Below, piece by piece: positions 51,421 to 61,596 of a DNA stretch of 64,000 nucleotides (the first letter of the stretch is position 1; each line of letters starts with the position of its first letter). The position numbers and the translations under genes were made by a program. The stretch lies in the IMG/VR virus record IMGVR_UViG_3300024999_000067, positions 1-64,000 of that record; one strand, 5' to 3'. The DNA comes from a virus. The notes under the pieces were generated by a model, which saw nothing but the letters and a program-made list of their open reading frames with translations, was not told the origin of the DNA and did no database searches.

Positions 51421-52948
51421 CGCATAACTGATCTCTAATGTACTGATAGAATCCATCTTTTCCAAATAAGTCTGTACCTGTGGTTGAAATCCCTGAACTG
51501 TCTTTAGGAAAACCAATAGAAGTCAAGGCGTAGGAATTACCACTTGCTCCATTAGATAAAACTTGGTTTGTTCCGTTACCAAATAATTGAGTTACGGAAG
51601 AACCACCAGATGCAGCAATAAAAGGCATAGTAATAGCCTCCATCATTGCTGCAACTCCAACTGATCCCCAATGATCTGTGGCTAGAGTAGCTCCTGCAGT
51701 GAAAGATTTCATAGATACTGACTCTTTCGCTACATAAAAAGACCCTGTATAGATTGTTCCACCAGAAACCCATGCAGTATACCCAGTAGCATTAACTCCA
51801 TCTAAAGTAAAATTAGTAGGATCAACTACAGTCACAGTAAACAATTTATCGTTTAGCTGCGTAGTTCCCACAATAGATGTAATATTAACAATTTGTCCAG
51901 TAGTATATCCATGGGCTGCTGTGGTTGTGACCTGACATGGATTAGCTAACGTAATAGCAGATATGGCTTTAGTTGTTACAATGCTTGTCATTCCAATTAA
52001 AATCTGCCACATATTTCCATTTATATCAGATACACCACAAGCTTGTCCATTGTGCGTAGTTTTAGCAAATAGATTTCCAGATCCTGTTTTGGCACAATTT
52101 GGATATCCATCAGAAACATACAGGACTGTAGTATCATTAGTATCCCTTAGTGCGTTATTGTTGTTCCCTTTAGGAAAGTTTGTAGTAGCGGATGCCCACC
52201 AAGCGCAATTCGCAGTACCAGTCGCAGCTTGCCCATGCGCTAAAGAAAGCATAGCAAGTGCAGAACTCATGAATACAGATTGATTAAAAAATATACTTGA
52301 GTTATTTACAGCACCATTTACACCATCTCTCGCTTTCGCAGCAGTAAGGAAAGCATAATTTGCATTTATTCCTAATACTGACGTAAGAGCACTGATAGGA
52401 TTATGATCTGATCCAGAAGAAAGTGGTAATCCATTCTTTATAGAACTTGCGATAAAACCAGTCCCCTTGGCGTTTTTACTGACTTGATACTTATCAATGA
52501 AGAATCCAGGCTGCTCTACACCACCATCAATAAATGCCCTATGTAACACGAATCCAGCAGCAGTCGCAGCAGCCCTATTAGCAAATGTTTCTGATCCGAC
52601 AATATTAATATCGTTAGGAGTGTAAATTGAATAAGTAGGGTTTTCAGAATGGTTTATCCTGTAAAAGAACTTAGGAATCCAGACCATTACGGAACCATCA
52701 GAGAACTGGTAGTTTCCATAATTAGGGGAAAGAGGATCGGAATATCCTGACATGGGGGTAAATCCAACAGGTAGTACAGCAGGATCACAAACTCCTACTC
52801 CAAATCCAGTAGAACCTGGGAGTCCTATGGTCATTACATTTCCAAGTATGCCAGCATGCATCCAGCCAGGATTGCCAAGTGTATCTTGACCGTAAACTTT
52901 TGCTCCATTGGTCGATATTGGGGCAGCCGAAGTATTAATGTTTGGCAT
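51299..52948 (-). CDS. DGR target: receptor-binding tail protein with Mtd-like C-type lectin (FGE-type) fold
   Basis: MVWIPKFFY, LHRAFIDGG, FFIDKYQ, DINGNMWQ, C-terminal VR. Confidence 0.82.
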   Translation of the reverse strand: MPNINTSAAPISTNGAKVYGQDTLGNPGWMHAGILGNVMTIGLPGSTGFGVGVCDPAVLPVGFTPMSGYSDPLSPNYGNYQFSDGSVMVWIPKFFYRINHSENPTYSIYTPNDINIVGSETFANRAAATAAGFVLHRAFIDGGVEQPGFFIDKYQVSKNAKGTGFIASSIKNGLPLSSGSDHNPISALTSVLGINANYAFLTAAKARDGVNGAVNNSSIFFNQSVFMSSALAMLSLAHGQAATGTANCAWWASATTNFPKGNNNNALRDTNDTTVLYVSDGYPNCAKTGSGNLFAKTTHNGQACGVSDINGNMWQILIGMTSIVTTKAISAITLANPCQVTTTAAHGYTTGQIVNITSIVGTTQLNDKLFTVTVVDPTNFTLDGVNATGYTAWVSGGTIYTGSFYVAKESVSMKSFTAGATLATDHWGSVGVAAMMEAITMPFIAASGGSSVTQLFGNGTNQVLSNGASGNSYALTSIGFPKDSSGISTTGTDLFGKDGFYQYIRDQLCVIGSGNWNAGSLAGVWLRYLGSIRSFSNAHYGGRSACYPV

Positions 52949-52949
52949 A

Positions 52950-55637
52950 TCAAACTCCTAGGTATAGATTTTCATTGTTTATTGTAAGTTCTACAAAGTT
53001 TACAGATATGTATGGTGGTAGCCCTAAAACACGGTCTACTCTTAGTTGGTCGGCGAAACTAAGAGGTGTTCTGTAGACCGCCATGCCCCTATCCCCGATC
53101 CGTATCTTCGCTGTCGGCACCAGCGCAGCCAGATCGACACTGGCGTTGCCGGTGAACTCGGGGATGAGCTGAAAGTCTCTGCCGAGGGGGGCCTGAAAGT
53201 TGCCGACTGGGAAGGCTGTACCATCGAATGCGCCGTCTATGCCGAGGGGTCCGGGAACAACAACAGGAGTGCTCTCGGCTTTGGCAAAATCAAAAATTGT
53301 CCCATTGAATACGCCCACTCCATCAGTTTTACTGCCGATAAAAATAGTCTCTCCCCAGCCGATTGCGGCGGTAACTGTCTCGTCGGTATCAGTTGCGCCG
53401 TTCAGGATCATTGTTGTCCCTGTGGGTGTGTGATCAATCACTAGAGTGTTGATCTCGTTCAGCGCCACTGAGCCTGATGAAGTCAATATCGCGGACCCGC
53501 CGCCCGAATAAACAATTTTGTTCAGAGCCGAGATATAAATACCATTTGTTCCATCAGACAACAGCCATTGCTCTGTGTCGGCCAGGTTGGGGATAAACTT
53601 TATACTGATTTCGTCGCGTCCGCTCAGTCCAGTGTCCGTCAGGGTGTCAGCAATATTTGTCTCCCCAGGAATTGATACAACGCCATCAATTGTGTGATAA
53701 TTACTCGCCGCCCCGGTCCACACAACATCTCCGTCAGATACAGGGGCAGAATTATCAGGGAATGTGACGGCATCAGCAGAAGTTGTCCCGCCAGTCGTGC
53801 AGGTAAACCATCTCTTAATGCTGTCTGAGCATACAGCAGAGATCTTATCTCCGATGGAGTATGCAGTTGATCTCCTGGATGGTAAGTGTGTGTCAAATAT
53901 TTTATTGCCATCAACAGTGGTGTATGGCTGCAATGTTACGGACTGGTTCGGAGATAGTATGGCTATTCCTGCGGCAATGGCCAGGTGGCCGGCTGAATTA
54001 GAATGGAGACCATCTGAGGAGTCGTAGGCAGCTAATATATTAATGGTTCCAGGATCACGGAGGATCTCATACAAATCAATCTTGTCACGGTCTAGCGTCC
54101 TCACCCATGCGCTGTATGCCTCTGCCCTTGACTGTTTGTCTGCGGTCCAGCCAGAATAATTTCCAAACGGTGGAATTGTACAGATAATCGGATGGATAGA
54201 TGCTGCATCAGCCTTAGCAAGCATTGAGTTGAGCGATGCTTGCATGTCTGCCAAGGTCCGTGCAGTATTAATCACATCATTAACACCACCCATTATCAGC
54301 ACTGCAATCGGAGCACCAGCAACAACGTCAGTGGCAAACCGAGTATCAAGATCAGCCAAAGTCTGCCCGGAGATACCAGATTTAACCATCCCTGTTATCC
54401 CGATGATTTGACCGAGATGCGTGATATATGTTCCGGTGGCTGTGTAGGAATCTCCAATAGCTACAGACTTGTTGAGTTTGTTGTACTGGACAGTGTCATG
54501 CAGCACAGATTTAGTGGCACTGGTGGTTTTGATATACTCGAATGGCATCAACCGTGGCCGGCCTGTAATAATCTCAGCTTGATATCCAGTAACTGTAAAC
54601 GCCTTATTGGAATTTGTTGGGTATGCAATAACCCCAAAATTTCTGTTTGCTGCGCCAGCAGTAGTGGTGCGGACCGCAGAACATTTGTACGTTCCATCTG
54701 GTTGCAACTCAGGGATATTTGCAACTGTGGTTATGTTAGCATCTATACTGAGCATCAGGTCGCTATTAACGTCAGTTGTGGAGACCCCAATACGTGGGAC
54801 CGAATCGTCTGCCATCTTGACAAAACAGGAAAATCTGTACACATATCCAGTCACGGTGGTTAATTGCTTAAACGCTGACCGGAATGTAGCTGATTCGGGG
54901 AAAAGTAGAGCATTAACAAAACCGGCAAGCGAGGTGACAGTTACATTTGCGGTCGTGGAGTTGAGATCGGCTTTGCCGTTTGTAAACTCTGACTCTAATA
55001 GCAGATTCTTCGCAATCCTACTGCCTTTAATAGCTGGAGATAGTCCACCAGAGGAATACACAGCCGACATATCAGCATCAGTGCCACTGTAATCTGCTAC
55101 AGCCGTTGTAGGTGCGTCAATGGTCAACGCCCCGGTTGTTACAGCGCCTGTGGAGCTTATCCGGTAAAGCACACCACCCGGGAGGGAGAATCCGTTCTCA
55201 TTGACATAGTTCGTCCCGCTCCCGTCCAGCCTTTCGGTAATTGTCGTACCCACCAGCCCTGTCAGGTGATGACCATTACCCGAGGCGTCAAGCTCCGTAG
55301 CCTGGCCGACATTAATCCCCTTCCAACTCGCCCACCTCACACCATCCCGGAACACATCAATATCCCAACAATCCGGCCCAGGGAATGTCAGCGTACCATT
55401 CACGGTACATGTCGGAGCGTCGCCGGAGGCTGTGATGGTGTCGGTGACCAACAGGCCGGGGCAGGGTGAGCTGCCCGCGCCGAGGAAGCCGCTGGACTTT
55501 ACTTGCTGGGTGGTGTGGTTGGCATGAGGATATCTGGCGACGAGCTTGCCGTCTGTTACAGTAGTCTTGTAATAAGCAAGCAGGGTATCCCGATTAGGAA
55601 GTGATCTTCTATTATTAAGTAAACCAAAGTTTAGCAT
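52950..55637 (-). CDS. Tail spike/fibre with SGNH (GDSL) esterase and LamG-like domains
   Basis: AIGDSYT, GISGQ, GGVND, DGLH; DASGNGHH; FIGS...FNGTI. Confidence 0.75.
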   Translation of the reverse strand: MLNFGLLNNRRSLPNRDTLLAYYKTTVTDGKLVARYPHANHTTQQVKSSGFLGAGSSPCPGLLVTDTITASGDAPTCTVNGTLTFPGPDCWDIDVFRDGVRWASWKGINVGQATELDASGNGHHLTGLVGTTITERLDGSGTNYVNENGFSLPGGVLYRISSTGAVTTGALTIDAPTTAVADYSGTDADMSAVYSSGGLSPAIKGSRIAKNLLLESEFTNGKADLNSTTANVTVTSLAGFVNALLFPESATFRSAFKQLTTVTGYVYRFSCFVKMADDSVPRIGVSTTDVNSDLMLSIDANITTVANIPELQPDGTYKCSAVRTTTAGAANRNFGVIAYPTNSNKAFTVTGYQAEIITGRPRLMPFEYIKTTSATKSVLHDTVQYNKLNKSVAIGDSYTATGTYITHLGQIIGITGMVKSGISGQTLADLDTRFATDVVAGAPIAVLIMGGVNDVINTARTLADMQASLNSMLAKADAASIHPIICTIPPFGNYSGWTADKQSRAEAYSAWVRTLDRDKIDLYEILRDPGTINILAAYDSSDGLHSNSAGHLAIAAGIAILSPNQSVTLQPYTTVDGNKIFDTHLPSRRSTAYSIGDKISAVCSDSIKRWFTCTTGGTTSADAVTFPDNSAPVSDGDVVWTGAASNYHTIDGVVSIPGETNIADTLTDTGLSGRDEISIKFIPNLADTEQWLLSDGTNGIYISALNKIVYSGGGSAILTSSGSVALNEINTLVIDHTPTGTTMILNGATDTDETVTAAIGWGETIFIGSKTDGVGVFNGTIFDFAKAESTPVVVPGPLGIDGAFDGTAFPVGNFQAPLGRDFQLIPEFTGNASVDLAALVPTAKIRIGDRGMAVYRTPLSFADQLRVDRVLGLPPYISVNFVELTINNENLYLGV

Positions 55638-55641
55638 AATA

Positions 55642-55911
55642 TTACCCGAAATGGAAAGTTCCAGTAGTAATAGTTACTGACTTAGCCCCTATAATAGAAA
55701 AAGTATTTCCTTCAATGGCATCTATGCTACTGGTTGTATCATCATCCCATGTAATGGTAAATCCACCATCAACTACACAATAAACAAGGTTAGTTATTTG
55801 GGCACCATCTGCAATAGTTAAATTTACTTTCCCCTTAACTAATGGCATGGCCTGTATCAGACCGTTACCATCACTCTTAGCTAACACCGAATCTCTCATA
55901 ATTTCCTCCAT
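55642..55911 (-). CDS. Small tail-associated hypothetical protein
   Basis: GGAGG RBS, beta-rich, in tail operon. Confidence 0.5.
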   Translation of the reverse strand: MEEIMRDSVLAKSDGNGLIQAMPLVKGKVNLTIADGAQITNLVYCVVDGGFTITWDDDTTSSIDAIEGNTFSIIGAKSVTITTGTFHFG

Positions 55912-55959
55912 AAATTGGATAAGAATATCATTACTTGGATCATACTACAAAAATTTGTA

Positions 55960-57058
55960 CTATACAAGAAAAGTTTTTCTTGACTTTTCAATACCTGCGT
56001 ATCCTTGGATAACTCGGTCAAATACTACTACCCGATCACCAACTTTATATGGAGTAGTGGATTCTACCTGCATTTTACCGGTATCAGTAGAAATAATGTA
56101 CCGAAGATATTCAGGGTTCCCAACTATAGTTCCAATTATTTTAACCGTCTTTTTCTTACTGTTCAGGATACTGTCTAAAATTTCTTTCATTCTGCCACCT
56201 TTTCTATTTCAATTGAAGAACGTGCTGAGAAAACACCCCCTTTCTTCTTCTGAATTGTAATGGAAAATTTCAATAACTTACCACGGTAAATACCATATTC
56301 TTTATCAATTGCTTCTACTAAAGAGGAAGGTTTCAAATAAGGGGTCAAGGAGCAATTGGCACTGACGATTTCTTTATCCTGTTCCTCTCTATCGATGACA
56401 GCCCTTGCAGCAGATGCCGCAACTAAATCCGTTAAAATAAGGCTATTAGAAATAGTATCCCCTACGATGCATTGATCAGAAAGTTCCACGCAACATTCCG
56501 GCTTTCTCGTAACACATAAATTTATCATGATTTCTCCAAGTAAATGGCGATATATACTTCATAGGTATCAAATGAGAGAACTTGTGGTGTTAACCGATAA
56601 GAATTGAAAGAAACTGGATAAGTTACTTTACAGTAACATGGAATAGTACCAGTTCTAATATCTACTTTCATCTGTTCTTGATCTACGTAAAGTGGGCCAC
56701 CTACGTTACCATACCATACTGGGGGTAAAGAATCACTAGGAACGTAGGATATACTTGGTTTATTATCAACAGAATTGATTTCAGTGAACACTAAATCGTT
56801 TTCTCTGGTTCTGGTAACTGAACCGAGAGCAGTAATATCACCAGCAGTAGCCAATATTTTAGAGATGTAAATACCATCAGGACATTTAGTTAAGAAATGG
56901 TATGGATCCCCTGGAGCAAAACTGGTTTTCTCTACCACTTTACCATCAGAATCGGTAACAGTATCAAGTATTTCATCATGTTCAACGGTACAAGAACTGG
57001 AATCTTGGGTTACCCCTTCCCCATAATGCAAAACTATTGTTGCATGTACTTTACTCAT
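55960..57058 (-). other. Three small tail/baseplate-region genes (55960-56190, 56187-56528, 56525-57058)
   Basis: ATGA-overlapping ORFs in the late operon. Confidence 0.55.
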
Positions 57059-59372
57059 GTACTGGCCTCAGTATGCATTGGACGTCTTTAATATTGGGGG
57101 AAGTTACCAACCATTTATGGTATTTAGTAGTATAAGTAATCTTCAGCAAAGATTCACCAGGAATTTCAGAGGTTAATGTACCATCTTCAGCAAAAGTAAT
57201 TCCTCCTAAAGAGTCCATAACCCATTCAATAGTATTTCTTACATATATCGGTTTAGAGACATGCCCAGAACCATTGACAAATTCAATCAATTCATATGGT
57301 ACCTCTGAATCGATTGAATGCATGTTTTCTGTAACCACTCCAAGGTACTCAATAAGCACAGAAGTGCCACCAGAAGTATCAAGATAAACTTCTTCACTAT
57401 CCCATGGAGTATGGAATCCTTTCACATATTTTGCAATACTGGATACTACTTCTTCTTCCAAATTATAGGTACTATTGGCAGTTAATTGATCCGATACATA
57501 AACAGTGTTTACCCCTGATCTTTCTTCTGAAGTAGTGGAAACATTCTCGTAACGGATATCTTGTTTCAGATCAATATCAACTGTTTCTGTTTGGTAACTG
57601 GGAACCTTCTTTGGGTACACATGCATGATCTCCAATCCACCTGCTGGGGTAGACTGCATTATGGCCCCCAAAGGTTCCAGTATTTTTCTGATCACTGCCA
57701 GTGGTTTCTCATTATTAGCAAACAGATAACCAGCAGGTATAAGTTCATCTACCAATTGACCACTCTCATACACATTCCAACTTACAGGAATACTATGAAT
57801 GGCTGCAAGTTCTACTACTGTGGTAGATGCCAAATTAGCAGGAAATTCTTTCTGCAATGTTGGGGAATATTTACTATCCAGAAGCACAGATTGACTTCTG
57901 CAAGTTAAAGTGTATATGGTAGAATTAACAGTAGTAGTCCTGGTTTTCTCCCATAACAATAAATGGAATTCTTTTGTATCGGAACCAACTGTTATGGTAA
58001 TTACAACATTGGCTTTCTTAATGCATAATGGAAAGTAATCTGGTTTATGTAAAGTGAATGTTCCCTCGATGTAATGTTGTTCAATATCACAGTTTACGTT
58101 TACATTTTCGGATGGTACTTGTACTCCCGAAATAGTAACTTTATAATCTATTGTATTGTTCAACAAAATATTGGAAGTTATGTTCCAATTCTGCCGTAAA
58201 CCAGAAACTATAGAATTAAGCAATTCCAAATTATAGTTCTGGGACAGTTTTAATGGTGCCCCAACTGTATGTTCTGTAATAGAATAGGAATGATCGGAAC
58301 TGGCAACAATATTTCCAATTAAAGTAAATGCCTGTTGTAATTGAACAATGGTTCTTATTTCTTTTCCGTAAACCTGTTCCAATATTTTTATAATATTCCT
58401 ACTGGAACTATAATATTGTTCCAAGAATTTTGTAATGGATTTGGCATCCCCGTAATGTTGGGTGAGGGTAATTAGAAGTTGTAGACCATACTGTTGTTGG
58501 CATAAGTTAAAACAAGTTAGAGTTAAAATGTATGGTTGTTCTATAAAACAAAGAAGATTCTCCCGCAAATCGTAAGATTGGGAAATTGAACAAATTAAAT
58601 CTTCTTCAAAATTATACAGTTGATCTAAGTTAATATGTATTGTCGGATCAAGAATAGTCGGGGCCGCATCCTTGTACGGATGATCAGCCGCCAGGTTGCC
58701 CTGTAATCCAAAGTTCCAGGCGTAAAATCCCTCGACACGCTGGCGATTATCGTCGGTAGGAATCCCGGCTAAAAGCAAAAATGCGGCAATATAACCATCT
58801 AAAAAATAAACATTTGAACCATTCGTCCGGCCCAAATAAATTCCGGTAGCCGTTGTGACAATATTGGAGGTAGTGGAATAAAGTTGAACGCCGTCCAAAC
58901 GGTTTTTCCAACTTCCAGCCGCCGATTCGACTGAATAAATACGGGGGTCTCCAAGGGACGGCGTTGGGTTTACCGTTGTTTTTCTCGCCGATGATGCAAA
59001 ATTGTCGTAAATTGATCCATTTGTACCTGGATACATCGTGACCAGGCTGGCAGTGCTATATCCCCACAGGCCGCTATTATAGACATCCGGTTGAGGATCG
59101 GTGGCCTTGACCACCACAAACCCGGTAACGGCGGTTTGTGCAGGCACGCCGGAAATCAACAGGAAATCATTAACGGCATCAAACTGGATGACGTTCTTCC
59201 CGTTCAATCCGCCGCTGACCAATGCCGGTTGGTTTGCGGCAGTAGCCTGCACTGCATTTCGGCCGTTACCAGACTTATCGGCCCAGATACTGACACCGGT
59301 CTCGACAGTGACTGCACAGGTGTCATCCAGTTCGACAAGCGGGGCAAGCTGCGCTGGAGTCCAGAGGGCCAT
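57051..59372 (-). CDS. Tail/baseplate hub-like protein with N-terminal LamG-like module
   Basis: WADKSGNGRNAVQATAANQP...VEGFYAWNFGL...HPYK; L.Q.Y repeats; hub-like C-terminus. Confidence 0.6.
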   Translation of the reverse strand: MALWTPAQLAPLVELDDTCAVTVETGVSIWADKSGNGRNAVQATAANQPALVSGGLNGKNVIQFDAVNDFLLISGVPAQTAVTGFVVVKATDPQPDVYNSGLWGYSTASLVTMYPGTNGSIYDNFASSARKTTVNPTPSLGDPRIYSVESAAGSWKNRLDGVQLYSTTSNIVTTATGIYLGRTNGSNVYFLDGYIAAFLLLAGIPTDDNRQRVEGFYAWNFGLQGNLAADHPYKDAAPTILDPTIHINLDQLYNFEEDLICSISQSYDLRENLLCFIEQPYILTLTCFNLCQQQYGLQLLITLTQHYGDAKSITKFLEQYYSSSRNIIKILEQVYGKEIRTIVQLQQAFTLIGNIVASSDHSYSITEHTVGAPLKLSQNYNLELLNSIVSGLRQNWNITSNILLNNTIDYKVTISGVQVPSENVNVNCDIEQHYIEGTFTLHKPDYFPLCIKKANVVITITVGSDTKEFHLLLWEKTRTTTVNSTIYTLTCRSQSVLLDSKYSPTLQKEFPANLASTTVVELAAIHSIPVSWNVYESGQLVDELIPAGYLFANNEKPLAVIRKILEPLGAIMQSTPAGGLEIMHVYPKKVPSYQTETVDIDLKQDIRYENVSTTSEERSGVNTVYVSDQLTANSTYNLEEEVVSSIAKYVKGFHTPWDSEEVYLDTSGGTSVLIEYLGVVTENMHSIDSEVPYELIEFVNGSGHVSKPIYVRNTIEWVMDSLGGITFAEDGTLTSEIPGESLLKITYTTKYHKWLVTSPNIKDVQCILRPVHE

Positions 59373-59770
59373 TATTTAACGCCCCCGGTGATCTCGAGAG
59401 CACTCTTGGCGCTGTATTCGGTGTGCCGACAGTCAGTATTCATGCAAACTATCGCCGTCCGCAGTCCCTCGCCGACATTGGTAGCCGGGGAGATGTTAAC
59501 CAGCTCGATGGTTGCCGGGGCCCCGCAGGCCGCACAGACGGTGGTCGGTCTCGTCGCCCGGCGCAGACTCCGCTCTTTGCGTTTTTCCCTGGGCAGGACA
59601 GCCATGGCCGTCTTTTTGGCATCGATTGCTCTTGCTGCAATATGCTCATGCAAACGCTGCCGAATGATCCTTGGATCGGTAACGCCAGCAGCCTCGCACT
59701 GGGTGAGCAGTTGCTGCATGTTACGCAAATCAGATAGCCCATACGCCTGGAAATTCATCAGCACCTCCAC
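59372..59770 (-). CDS. Zinc-ribbon hypothetical protein in GC-rich block
   Basis: CAAC...CMNTDC. Confidence 0.55.
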   Translation of the reverse strand: MEVLMNFQAYGLSDLRNMQQLLTQCEAAGVTDPRIIRQRLHEHIAARAIDAKKTAMAVLPREKRKERSLRRATRPTTVCAACGAPATIELVNISPATNVGEGLRTAIVCMNTDCRHTEYSAKSALEITGGVK

Positions 59771-61596
59771 TCATAGACATAACTGTAGACCACAGATCTG
59801 AAATGGGCCTTGGCATACCACCAGTAGGAATCTGGTTCGAGTAATCCGTAATAGGCAAAGACGTCCATATCACAACTAGACACCCAGGCGGGATCATAAT
59901 TAGGAAAAGATGTGCCGGTATTTGCACATGGAGAGTAGCCACTGCCGTGAAAACAGACCTCACAGCGGTTATTTTGAGCACAATAGGTAGATATTTCGGC
60001 CAAGTGGTCATTGTATTTTCCCATACAAGCAGTGTGGGCTGCTTCCTCAGAGGCATAGGCTTGACCCGCTTCAAACGACGGATAAATACTTTGTTGAATT
60101 TTGAAATTATTCTTAATTACTTCAAACTCATCACCACTGATATGGTCGCTACTACAATCACCAAACACTCCACAACTCGCGACACTGCCGTCGCCCTGGA
60201 AGGTTAATACCCATGAACCATTGGTCGATCGCACCCCGCCATTCGCAATACTGCAGCCGTCCGTAACCTCAATCGGGCACCAGCCGCAGGCGTCTCCGAC
60301 ATAGACTCTGATCCAGGGTACGTCAGTCTCGGCCTCGCGCAGAGAATAATTGTCGAATGTCATGCCGACACCGCGGATCTGCCAGCGGTACGGGGCGCGG
60401 CCGCCGGTGACGAACACTAATCCCGATGAATAATCAGCCAGAACTTCTACCGAACTCTCGTAGTCCCAGACAATCGGCGTGGCATCCTCGCAGCAGTTCT
60501 GCGGTCTGACGATCTGTTCTGTATAAATGGCACCACATCCTTCAGGGGTAATGGGTCCTAATGCTATAAATTCTATTGGTCCAGGCCATTCTCTGGTCAA
60601 CTTATCAATAACTTCTTGTGGCAAAACATTACCCCCTGGATTTGGGGATTTCCAAGTTCTACATGGATTTGGTGTTCCCTCTACACAGCATTTCTCCGCA
60701 TAGAAAGATGGTTCAGCTATGGGCATGGGTCCAAATGGACCAGAACCATATTCAATACATCCGTACTCAACAGGTTCTATAGGTTCTGTTTCAGGTTCTG
60801 GTTCTTCCTCTTCTTCTGTATTACCATCAGACCAACCACATATCTTAGCCAACATTTCTTTATCTGCTGCTATATCTTCTGTTGGTGCAGTAACACTTCC
60901 TTCATAAAACTGGTAATGGTAAAAAACCAAAATATTTGCATTTTGTGGTTCCCCAAATTCTGATCCTATATATTTAGGTATTCCTGGAACTTCTATTTCT
61001 AATACATCGTAAACGGTAACAAATTCTGCTCGTAAAACACCAGTTACAGGTCTATCCCAAAATAGAGTATTACCATAAATTTCTTTTATGACAGGAGGGG
61101 GGATTAAACCAGAAGTATCAAAAACAGAACCTACCCATGAAGCAACTAATCCAGACTTTATTGGAAAATCTAATTTAAGAGAAGACAATCCTTCTATGGA
61201 AATAATAACAATTTTCTCTTTAGTTAAAGTAACTGTACTTTTTACTTTACCAACATCTAAATGCAAAGTGTATGGTTCATCAGGATGGCTTCGGTAAATG
61301 TTTACCAAGGCAGTGTATGTTCCACTTTTTAACCTTTTGCATTCTTCCAAATCTAATTCAGCTTTGGCTACTTCCAATAATTTTTCTTCAGTGGGTGGTT
61401 CTTCCGGTACTGCATCTGTCTGTTCTTTATCACCGTAACATGGATTCAGATCATATAATTTATCTATTACTTCCGCCACTTCCCCCGCAGTTACCAGGTC
61501 TTCTTCAATATCCTGCTCAATTCGTAACCAATATTCTTCTGCTGGAATTTCAGAAGCACTAGAAGAATATGTTACCGATGTAATTTGGGTGTTCAT
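59758..61596 (-). CDS. Cys-rich structural/tail protein
   Basis: ATGA-coupled start at 61596; Ig-like VTGGRAPYRW...VTDGC module. Confidence 0.55.
   Translation of the reverse strand: MNTQITSVTYSSSASEIPAEEYWLRIEQDIEEDLVTAGEVAEVIDKLYDLNPCYGDKEQTDAVPEEPPTEEKLLEVAKAELDLEECKRLKSGTYTALVNIYRSHPDEPYTLHLDVGKVKSTVTLTKEKIVIISIEGLSSLKLDFPIKSGLVASWVGSVFDTSGLIPPPVIKEIYGNTLFWDRPVTGVLRAEFVTVYDVLEIEVPGIPKYIGSEFGEPQNANILVFYHYQFYEGSVTAPTEDIAADKEMLAKICGWSDGNTEEEEEPEPETEPIEPVEYGCIEYGSGPFGPMPIAEPSFYAEKCCVEGTPNPCRTWKSPNPGGNVLPQEVIDKLTREWPGPIEFIALGPITPEGCGAIYTEQIVRPQNCCEDATPIVWDYESSVEVLADYSSGLVFVTGGRAPYRWQIRGVGMTFDNYSLREAETDVPWIRVYVGDACGWCPIEVTDGCSIANGGVRSTNGSWVLTFQGDGSVASCGVFGDCSSDHISGDEFEVIKNNFKIQQSIYPSFEAGQAYASEEAAHTACMGKYNDHLAEISTYCAQNNRCEVCFHGSGYSPCANTGTSFPNYDPAWVSSCDMDVFAYYGLLEPDSYWWYAKAHFRSVVYSYVYEWRC

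Noticed and set aside
53046-55469. Long + strand ORFs within tail genes (also 59091-59801)
   Set aside because: Antisense shadows caused by higher GC; no RBS or motifs
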